DNA of 64,000 nucleotides from a virus, in the IMG/VR virus record IMGVR_UViG_3300020205_002210, positions 57,250 to 121,249 of that record; one strand, written 5' to 3'. The notes under the pieces were generated by a model, which ran no database searches, was not told the origin of the DNA, and saw only the letters and a list, made by a program, of their open reading frames with translations. How positions within the stretch are numbered: the first letter of the stretch is position 1; each line of letters begins with the position of its first letter. The position numbers were made by a program, and so were the translations under genes. Positions 29,945-35,413 of this stretch are shown here, one piece after another.

Positions 29945-29977
29945 ACAAACATCGTTAAGAAATTTAGAAAGAACAAA

Positions 29978-30150
29978 GTGTCCCTCATATCCTTTAAACC
30001 CTCATCGTTGCAGACGGAGTATCACACAAGTATTAATTGTGGTGATGCGTTATGGCGCGCCGGGTTTTGTGTACAAGGATTGGACGAATAAAAGTTCAAG
30101 TAAAAGATTCTTAACACAAGACCCTGTTCTAACAAACAGGGTTTTTTTTT
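29978..30150 (+). promoter_or_regulatory. Putative leader peptide (37 aa, 29978-30091) with terminator/antiterminator attenuator
   Basis: GGGTTTTGTGT (30062-72) can pair with ACACAAGACCC (30114-24), excluding terminator ACCCTGTT/AACAGGGT+T-run. Confidence 0.6.
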
Positions 30151-30192
30151 GCCTTTAAATTTTAATGTGTTGCAAGTAAACAACACACTGTA

Positions 30193-30221
30193 TTGACAAA
30201 CCATCGAGTTCGTTGTATAAT
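30193..30221 (+). promoter_or_regulatory. Consensus sigma70 promoter of the tRNA array
   Basis: TTGACA-17nt-TATAAT. Confidence 0.85.
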
Positions 30222-30256
30222 ACAGACTGTTCATTAAAAATTTGTTGTAGTTTTTC

Positions 30257-30330
30257 TCGGGGATTGTGTAGTGGTAGCACAGCAGACTTTGACTCTGTTA
30301 GTGAAGGTTCGATTCCTTCTTCCCGTACCA
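30257..30330 (+). tRNA. tRNA-Gln(TTG)
   Basis: Cloverleaf, loop CTTTGAC, CCA end. Confidence 0.9.
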
Positions 30331-30393
30331 TATAAAAACACACTGCCGAGCGGTCAAATTGCGTAAGCAGATGAGTAGTGTGTTTCTATATGG
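30328..30393 (+). ncRNA. Inter-tRNA long-stem element A
   Basis: CCATATA-A-AAACACACT pairs with AGTGTGTTT-C-TATATGG. Confidence 0.5.
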
Positions 30394-30483
30394 AAGATGA
30401 TGCAGCGGGGTTGGTCCTGCGACTGGCCTTGAAAACCAGGTTCTCTTAATCGGGATGGGGTTCGACTCCTCCGTCTTCCACCA
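30392..30483 (+). tRNA. tRNA-Ser(TGA)
   Basis: GGAAGAT/GTCTTCC, loop CTTGAAA, long variable arm, enlarged D-loop, A73. Confidence 0.85.
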
Positions 30484-30486
30484 AGT

Positions 30487-30558
30487 TTCTCGGTCAGTAC
30501 AGTGGGATGTGCAGGTAGACAATACACGGACAAGGTTCGAATCCAAACTGAGAATTCA
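30487..30558 (+). pseudogene. Degenerate tRNA-like element
   Basis: TTCTCGGT/ACTGAGAA closing stem, D-like arm, GGTTCGAATCC T-loop; no valid anticodon arm or CCA. Confidence 0.4.
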
Positions 30559-30576
30559 ATATTGTTGGGAGTTAAC

Positions 30577-30753
30577 ATGCAAGAAAATTTAATTTATCGT
30601 TTAAGAAAGCGTGCTGAAATTCGCAGACAGATTCCTACAAGAAAATCGGTGCAAGAAAATACACCGGATAGAATTGCAGATTTACTAGAAGAAGCTGCGA
30701 ATAGGATTGAAGAATTGGAGAGTGGGCAGGATGGTAATGCAGCTGATTGCTAA
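30577..30753 (+). CDS. Small hypothetical protein whose 3' end overlaps tRNA-Ser(GCT)
   Basis: GGGAG RBS; MQENLIYRLRKRAEIRRQIPTRKSVQENTPDRIADLLEEAANRIEELE. Confidence 0.65.
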   Translation: MQENLIYRLRKRAEIRRQIPTRKSVQENTPDRIADLLEEAANRIEELESGQDGNAADC

Positions 30754-30806
30754 TCAGTAGGCCGTAGAAATGCGGCCACAGGGTTCGACTCCCTGACTCT
30801 CCACCA
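30717..30806 (+). tRNA. tRNA-Ser(GCT)
   Basis: GGAGAGT/ACTCTCC, loop TTGCTAA, long variable arm, A73. Confidence 0.9.
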
Positions 30807-30812
30807 AAATAT

Positions 30813-30904
30813 ACCAGCGAGACTTGGGAGTCAGAGAGGTCTTATAAGCCTTTTAGCGCCAGATTAGCGTTCTTGAGAGAGTTCGATCCTCTCCGTTGGT
30901 ACCA
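30813..30904 (+). tRNA. Atypical tRNA, anticodon TAT (nominal Ile) with long variable arm and mini D-arm
   Basis: ACCAGCG/CGTTGGT-A-CCA; GAGGT-CTTATAA-GCCTT; AGCGC/GCGTT V-arm; GAGAG-TTCGATC-CTCTC. Confidence 0.7.
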
Positions 30905-30921
30905 AATTTTAGAAGTTATAT

Positions 30922-30997
30922 GTGCGTGTGACCCGAACGGTTAGGGAGCGGATTGCAAATCCGTATTATGCAGGTTCGATCCCTGTCACGCACTCCA
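30922..30997 (+). tRNA. tRNA-Cys(GCA)
   Basis: Cloverleaf, loop TTGCAAA, U73-CCA. Confidence 0.92.
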
Positions 30998-31004
30998 GAG
31001 ACAA

Positions 31005-31080
31005 GCACCATTCGTCTAACGGTTAGGACGCTGCCCTTTCAAGGCGGAAACGAGGAGTTCGATTCTCCCATGGTGTACCA
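31005..31080 (+). tRNA. tRNA-Glu(TTC)
   Basis: Cloverleaf, loop CTTTCAA, CCA. Confidence 0.92.
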
Positions 31081-31100
31081 AATTATTTTAAGGAGATAGT

Positions 31101-31139
31101 ATGAAGAAAAGTATCAAGACTCGAAAACGACAGGGGTGA
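31101..31139 (+). CDS. Possible micro-ORF (12 aa, MKKSIKTRKRQG) overlapping tRNA-Lys 5' end
   Basis: Strong AAGGAG RBS at correct spacing. Confidence 0.3.
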   Translation: MKKSIKTRKRQG

Positions 31140-31205
31140 AACTTTAAGGTGAAGTAACTGGCTTTTAACCAGTAAAACTCGGATCGTTCCCGAGCACCCC
31201 TACCA
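31132..31205 (+). tRNA. tRNA-Lys(TTT), ATCGTTC T-loop
   Basis: AGGGGTG/CACCCCT-A-CCA, loop CTTTTAA. Confidence 0.88.
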
Positions 31206-31280
31206 TAGATAAACACATTGGGATTAAATTCTGGTCACCCCAGCGCATAAGAGGTTGCGTACAGTGTGTTTTTCTATGGT
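31202..31280 (+). ncRNA. Inter-tRNA long-stem element B
   Basis: ACCATAGA-T-AAACACATTG pairs with CAGTGTGTTT-T-TCTATGGT; two inner hairpins. Confidence 0.5.
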
Positions 31281-31330
31281 GAAACTATTCAGGTTCAATG
31301 GTCACACGCCCTTGCTTGAAATAGAAGTTG

Positions 31331-31441
31331 CCATATTAAAGTATATTTCAGGTTGGGTTAGATTCGCGGTCTAACTATTTGGGATAAAAAGTCGGCGTAA
31401 TTGCAGGATAATAATCTAAGATACGGAATATACTTTAATAT
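31331..31441 (+). ncRNA. Inter-tRNA long-stem element C
   Basis: Perfect 15 bp ATATTAAAGTATATT/AATATACTTTAATAT after a GCCA; inner GTTAGA/TCTAAC hairpin. Confidence 0.45.
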
Positions 31442-31447
31442 GTAAAC

Positions 31448-31533
31448 GGAGATGTGGCAGAGTGGTTGATTGCACCAGACTGTAAATCTGGCCCCTAAAA
31501 AGCGCGGTGGTTCAAATCCATCCGTCTCCACCA
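31448..31533 (+). tRNA. tRNA-Tyr(GTA)
   Basis: Cloverleaf, loop CTGTAAA, variable arm, CCA. Confidence 0.92.
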
Positions 31534-31616
31534 AAACAAGAGTACAGGCTCTTTATAAATCCTGTCTTTGTGTGGAACCGAGCAATGCTCCTGCTTGTAT
31601 AAGTATCGGTTCAATT

Positions 31617-31690
31617 GGGGGATTAGTATAATGGGATTACGGCAGCTTTGCAAGCTGTTTACGGGAGTTCGATCCTCCCATCCTCCACCA
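31617..31690 (+). tRNA. tRNA-Ala(TGC)
   Basis: G3:U70 pair, loop TTTGCAA, CCA. Confidence 0.93.
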
Positions 31691-31698
31691 TAGTTTTA

Positions 31699-31773
31699 GG
31701 TTTCAAAGTGTTCATGGACGCACGTAGGCTTGTCACGCCTAAAGAAGGGGATCGTTACCCCTTGAGACCGCCA
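31699..31773 (+). tRNA. tRNA-Asp(GTC), ATCGTTA T-loop
   Basis: GGTTTCA/TGAGACC-G-CCA, loop TTGTCAC. Confidence 0.88.
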
Positions 31774-31778
31774 AGTTT

Positions 31779-31869
31779 GGATGTAATAGTTGGTACGAGT
31801 GGGCATAAATTGCTTGTCCATGACATGTTTCGAGCATGAAGGTTGGTTCGATTCCAACAGCATCCACCA
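31779..31869 (+). ncRNA. tRNA-like RNA with aberrant D and anticodon arms
   Basis: GGATGT/GCATCC-A-CCA, GTTGG-TTCGATT-CCAAC, CATG/CATG variable arm, 9-nt loop TAAATTGCT. Confidence 0.55.
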
Positions 31870-31877
31870 AGTTTTAT

Positions 31878-31956
31878 TCCGCAGAACCCGAGCAAGGTGC
31901 ATGGGCGTGACTGTTAATCACTGGTTAGTAGAGTTCGATTCTCTAATGCGGAGCCA
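31878..31956 (+). tRNA. tRNA-Asn(GTT)
   Basis: Loop CTGTTAA, G73-CCA. Confidence 0.88.
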
Positions 31957-31963
31957 AGTTTTT

Positions 31964-32037
31964 CTCTGATTGGTGAAATGGTATCATCCGTGCTTTGGGA
32001 GCATGTGGCGCAAGTTCGATTCTTGCATCGGAGACCA
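31964..32037 (+). tRNA. tRNA-Pro(TGG)
   Basis: CTCTGAT/ATCGGAG-A-CCA, loop TTTGGGA. Confidence 0.9.
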
Positions 32038-32049
32038 AAAAATGTAAAT

Positions 32050-32134
32050 GCTCTGATGGTGGAATAGGTAGACACAAGAGACTTAAAATCTCTCGCCTTC
32101 GGGTGTGCCGGTTCGATTCCGGCTCGGAGCACCA
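32050..32134 (+). tRNA. tRNA-Leu(TAA)
   Basis: Loop CTTAAAA, variable arm, A73-CCA. Confidence 0.93.
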
Positions 32135-32139
32135 AGTTA

Positions 32140-32214
32140 AGTTCTATGACGTAGACGGATGCGTACCGGCTTCATAAGCCGAGGAGATTGGATCGTTACC
32201 AATTAGAACTACCA
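32140..32214 (+). tRNA. tRNA-Met(CAT) elongator-like, ATCGTTA T-loop
   Basis: AGTTCTA/TAGAACT-A-CCA, loop TTCATAA. Confidence 0.8.
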
Positions 32215-32220
32215 GATTAT

Positions 32221-32295
32221 GGGTCTTTAGTAAAATGAATATTACACTGGGCTACGAACCCGGAAGTGGGAGTTTGATTCTCTCAAGACCCTCCA
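32221..32295 (+). tRNA. tRNA-Arg(ACG)
   Basis: GGGTCTT/AAGACCC-T-CCA, loop CTACGAA. Confidence 0.88.
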
Positions 32296-32497
32296 AGACG
32301 TTCCGCTTTGTTAGCGGATACTGTGACCCGCAGGATGAGAAGTGAGGTGACTCTCACGGGTGGTAGTCTTTAAACCGAAAGGCCGCTAGCAATGCGATAA
32401 CGGTCCCTGTCGGGAAGCGGGTGGAAGGTGTGTGAGATTTGCGGAGAAATCCAAGAGATGATGCACTATAATTACCGCCGAGGGATGCAGAGCATAT
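32296..32497 (+). ncRNA. Unclassified ~200 nt GC-rich multi-helix, pseudoknotted RNA
   Basis: At least seven helices; ACCCGC/GCGGGT crosses GGTGGTAGT/ATTACCGCC; no convincing ORF. Confidence 0.7.
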
Positions 32498-32571
32498 ACC
32501 CATATAGCTCAAAGGTAGAGCACTGGCTTGATAAGCCATAGACGAAGGATCGTTACCTTCTGTGGGTACCA
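32498..32571 (+). tRNA. tRNA-Ile(GAT), ATCGTTA T-loop
   Basis: ACCCATA/TGTGGGT-A-CCA, loop TTGATAA. Confidence 0.88.
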
Positions 32572-32579
32572 GATTTTAT

Positions 32580-32656
32580 TACGGTGTAGTTCCAATTGGC
32601 AGAACGATGGTCTCCAAAATCATATGTTGTGGGTTCGAATCCCTCCGCCGTAGCCA
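32580..32656 (+). tRNA. tRNA-Trp(CCA)
   Basis: Loop CTCCAAA, G73-CCA. Confidence 0.92.
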
Positions 32657-32677
32657 GTTTTTAAAAAGGTGAATAAT

Positions 32678-33169
32678 ATGAAAAAGTTCGATGTAAATGA
32701 AGTTAAGTCCTTCCTTGCAAAACAAGGACCAAACACCAAAGTCTACCTTGGTGCCGATTCTGAACGCATCAGAATAAACGGAGTTTGGTATGCAGACTAT
32801 GCTCTTGCAGTCGTTGTTCATATTAATGGCCAAAATGGTTGTAAAATTTTTGGATATGTTCAACGTGAATTGGACTATGACCATAAAAAAAGTAAACCTG
32901 CAATGCGATTGATGACAGAAGTATATAAAGTTTCAGAGTTGTTCCAAGAAATGCAGGATGTTCTGGAAGATTTTCATGTTGAAGTTCATTTAGACTTGAA
33001 CAAGGATGATGTACACGGAAGTTCTTGTGTGGTACAACAAGCAATTGGTTATATCAAAGGTACATGTAACATGACACCAATGGTTAAACCAGATGCGCCT
33101 GCAGCAAGTTTCTGTGCTGATAGATTGAAAAGAATCTTAGCTGAACAAGAAACTTCAATTGTTCAGTAA
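32678..33169 (+). CDS. RNase H-like protein (DUF458/YkuK type)
   Basis: VYLGADS, RLMTEVYK, VEVHLDLN acidic motifs. Confidence 0.75.
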   Translation: MKKFDVNEVKSFLAKQGPNTKVYLGADSERIRINGVWYADYALAVVVHINGQNGCKIFGYVQRELDYDHKKSKPAMRLMTEVYKVSELFQEMQDVLEDFHVEVHLDLNKDDVHGSSCVVQQAIGYIKGTCNMTPMVKPDAPAASFCADRLKRILAEQETSIVQ

Positions 33170-33172
33170 TAT

Positions 33173-33248
33173 GTTGTCGTTAGTGTAATGGTTAGCACCA
33201 GAGATTGTGAATCTCTTAGCATGGGTTCGAATCCCATACGTCAACCCA
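33173..33248 (+). tRNA. tRNA-His(GTG)
   Basis: G-1:C73, loop TTGTGAA. Confidence 0.92.
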
Positions 33249-33255
33249 AAATAAT

Positions 33256-33329
33256 GCCTCGGTAGTTTAATGGTAGAACGGCATCCTTACACGGTGCATA
33301 CGGGAGTTCGATTCTCCAACGAGGTACCA
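33256..33329 (+). tRNA. tRNA-Val(TAC)
   Basis: Loop CTTACAC, CCA. Confidence 0.9.
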
Positions 33330-33334
33330 AATAT

Positions 33335-33410
33335 GCAACCTTAGCTGATGTGGTCATAGCGGCGGTCTGAAGAGCCGTTGAAGTAGGTTCGATTCCTACA
33401 GGTTGCACCA
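33335..33410 (+). tRNA. tRNA-Phe(GAA)
   Basis: Loop CTGAAGA, CCA. Confidence 0.9.
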
Positions 33411-33414
33411 GATT

Positions 33415-33492
33415 GCCCCCGTGGACAAATTGGCAAAGTCATCTCTCTCAAAAGGAGAAATTCTCTCGGTTCGACTCCGAGCGGGGGTACCA
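33415..33492 (+). tRNA. tRNA-Leu(CAA), short variable region
   Basis: Loop CTCAAAA, A73-CCA. Confidence 0.88.
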
Positions 33493-33551
33493 TGTAGAAT
33501 CCTTGTGCTTGCCTTGTAATGTAATTTGTGTTATATTATAGTTTAAATAAT

Positions 33552-33628
33552 GCCCCGGTGACGGAATTGGTATACGTGTTGGTCTTAGAAACCAAATTTT
33601 AGGAGTTCGAGTCTCCTCTGGGGCACCA
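33552..33628 (+). tRNA. tRNA-Leu(TAG), short variable region
   Basis: Loop CTTAGAA, A73-CCA. Confidence 0.88.
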
Positions 33629-33633
33629 GTTAT

Positions 33634-33708
33634 CCGGCCTTAGTATAATGGATAATACAGCGGTCTTCTACACCGTGAATATGGGTTCGATTCCTGTAGG
33701 CCGGACCA
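33634..33708 (+). tRNA. tRNA-Arg(TCT)
   Basis: Loop CTTCTAC, CCA. Confidence 0.9.
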
Positions 33709-33743
33709 AGTTGTAATGTGATAGTTATTTAAAGAAAGTAAAT

Positions 33744-33911
33744 ATGAAACCGACAAAAACATTTAATCTCAGCAAACGCACCAAAACAATGATGACATTG
33801 ATGCCGTTCAAAGATCAAGAAACTCGTAATGCTTTTAAACGTATGATGATTGATGCTCAGCTTTGCAGTGAGATTGTTCCAAAGAATTCAAAAGAAAAGA
33901 ATTCTGATTAA
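33744..33911 (+). CDS. Small basic hypothetical protein (55 aa)
   Basis: MKPTKTFNLSKRTKTMMTLMPFKDQETRNAFKRMMIDAQL... fills the spacer between two tRNAs. Confidence 0.55.
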   Translation: MKPTKTFNLSKRTKTMMTLMPFKDQETRNAFKRMMIDAQLCSEIVPKNSKEKNSD

Positions 33912-33912
33912 T

Positions 33913-33987
33913 GCGGGTATGGTGCTAGTGGTAACACATGACCTTGCCAAGGTTAAGTTGAGAGTTCGATTCTCTCTACCCGCTCCA
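33913..33987 (+). tRNA. tRNA-Gly(GCC)
   Basis: Loop TTGCCAA, U73-CCA. Confidence 0.92.
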
Positions 33988-34037
33988 GTTAACACGGCCT
34001 TTGCCTCTAAATTTTTTTACGCAAAGGTTCTTTTTTT

Positions 34038-34112
34038 GCCCCTTTATCCTTAATGGTAGAGGTCCGGTTTTGTAGTCCGGGTGCGTGAGTTCGATTCTTG
34101 CAAGGGGCACCA
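34038..34112 (+). tRNA. tRNA-Thr(TGT)
   Basis: Loop TTTGTAG, CCA. Confidence 0.9.
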
Positions 34113-34135
34113 ATTGGTATATTTTAAGAAAAGTA

Positions 34136-34164
34136 TTGACTACAACAAATTTTTAATGTATACT
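34136..34164 (+). promoter_or_regulatory. Sigma70-type promoter
   Basis: TTGACT-17nt-TATACT. Confidence 0.7.
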
Positions 34165-34184
34165 TGATGCATATATAGTATTAT

Positions 34185-34258
34185 GCGGGATTCGTAAAAT
34201 GGTATTACCTTAGATTTCCAATCTAAAGTCAACAGTTCGATTCTGTTATCCCGCTCCA
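34185..34258 (+). tRNA. tRNA-Gly(TCC)
   Basis: Loop TTTCCAA, U73-CCA. Confidence 0.92.
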
Positions 34259-34276
34259 AATAATAAAGAACAAAAT

Positions 34277-34828
34277 ATGCACAACTCAGCAATTAGAATT
34301 GGCGAATTATTTTTTGATACTTATTCAGAAAATTTTACAAAAGACGAAAATGTAAAACCAATTACACTTGAAGTCGGTTGTGGACCAAATGAAGTTCTAA
34401 AAAACAAAGCCATCAAAATGGGTTTTGATTATCACGGTGTAGATCAAGTACATACAGATAATCCGGATGACATATATAGATTACCATTTGAAGATGCTTC
34501 TGTTGATGTTGTGGTATCTTCAAGTTGTTTTGAACATGATTGTTTTTTTTGGTTAACTTTTTTGGAGATTATGAGAGTGCTTAAACCAAAAGGTTTATTC
34601 TATCTTAATGCACCAAGTAAAGGTGGTTTTCATCAACATCCAATTGATTGTTTTAGATTTTATCCCGATGCAGGATTTGCACTAGAAAAATGGGGTAAAA
34701 AGAATCGTATGGATGTAAAGATGTTACAATCCAATACAGATACAACTGAATCATGGAATGATTATGTTGCAATATTTTTACGCGATAGTAAATTTGAAAG
34801 TGAATTTACAAAGAGGATGAGTATTTAA
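34277..34828 (+). CDS. Class I SAM-dependent methyltransferase
   Basis: LEVGCG, LPFEDASVDVVVSSSCFEH, RVLKPKG. Confidence 0.88.
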   Translation: MHNSAIRIGELFFDTYSENFTKDENVKPITLEVGCGPNEVLKNKAIKMGFDYHGVDQVHTDNPDDIYRLPFEDASVDVVVSSSCFEHDCFFWLTFLEIMRVLKPKGLFYLNAPSKGGFHQHPIDCFRFYPDAGFALEKWGKKNRMDVKMLQSNTDTTESWNDYVAIFLRDSKFESEFTKRMSI

Positions 34829-34834
34829 GTTTTT

Positions 34835-34899
34835 GCGGTCGTTTATAACAATTGTGGGGTCCACCTACAATCTTGGTGAGAATCCGAGTGACCGCTCCA
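34835..34899 (+). ncRNA. D-armless tRNA-Gly(TCC)-like mini RNA (65 nt)
   Basis: GCGGTCG/TGACCGC-T-CCA; TTGTGG..TCC..CTACAA arm; CTTGG-TGAGAAT-CCGAG T-arm. Confidence 0.65.
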
Positions 34900-34913
34900 T
34901 TTTTGAGGACATT

Positions 34914-35159
34914 ATGATTATTAAGCCACTACACGATAAGGTTTTGATTGAACGATTAGATTCAATTAAAGAGACTGCTTCTGGAATTATCCTCAAACAT
35001 TCTGAAGAACCGGATCGAGCCAAAGTGATAGAGATTGGACCTGAAGTTACTGAGGTTCAAGTTGGTGATGTTGTACAACCCGATTGGGGTAAAGCCACCA
35101 AAGTACAAGATTACTTCATAATTAAAATTGAAGACATTGCATACATTTACGAAAAATAA
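34914..35159 (+). CDS. groES: GroES co-chaperonin
   Basis: IKPLHDKVLI, TASGIIL, V..IGP.V..V.VGD.V. Confidence 0.9.
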   Translation: MIIKPLHDKVLIERLDSIKETASGIILKHSEEPDRAKVIEIGPEVTEVQVGDVVQPDWGKATKVQDYFIIKIEDIAYIYEK

Positions 35160-35161
35160 AT

Positions 35162-35341
35162 ATGTCTGATGGTGGTAAAGGTTCAACTCCGAGACCGTTT
35201 AGTGTTTCGCAGAAAACATACGCGGATAACTACAACGCAATTTTTAGGAAGAAAACTCCACAAGAATTAGATGACGCAAAGGCCGAAGATGAAGCCTTTG
35301 AAAGTCTCAAATCAGATTCTATATCTGATGGTAAGAAATAG
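35162..35341 (+). CDS. Small hypothetical protein (59 aa)
   Basis: MSDGGKGSTPRPFSVSQKTYADNYNAIFRKK...; fills the gap between groES and tRNA. Confidence 0.55.
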   Translation: MSDGGKGSTPRPFSVSQKTYADNYNAIFRKKTPQELDDAKAEDEAFESLKSDSISDGKK

Positions 35342-35412
35342 CGGATTGGTGAAATGGTATCACAGTGGGCTCATAATCCTCAGTTCCGGTTCGACTCCGA
35401 GGTCCGCAACCA
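35340..35412 (+). tRNA. tRNA-fMet(CAT)-like
   Basis: Unpaired 1:72, G-rich anticodon stem GTGGG-CTCATAA-TCCTC, A73-CCA. Confidence 0.75.
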
Positions 35413-35413
35413 A

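Noticed and set aside
29904-30158. 84 aa ORF from the track spanning promoter and terminator
   Set aside because: It overlaps the -35/-10 elements and terminator; the 37-codon frame at 29978 explains the region better
30392-33628. Possible suppressor or selenocysteine tRNAs (anticodons TGA and TAG) and stop-codon reassignment
   Set aside because: Anticodon TGA reads UCA (Ser) and TAG reads CUA (Leu). No CTA/TTA/TCA anticodon is present, and core genes are intact under the standard code
28812-35412. Theta (HDV-like) ribozymes or tmRNA in the tRNA array
   Set aside because: I could not trace the nested double-pseudoknot HDV core after any tRNA 3' end, nor an Ala-identity tRNA-like domain with a tag ORF; a covariance-model search is still advisable
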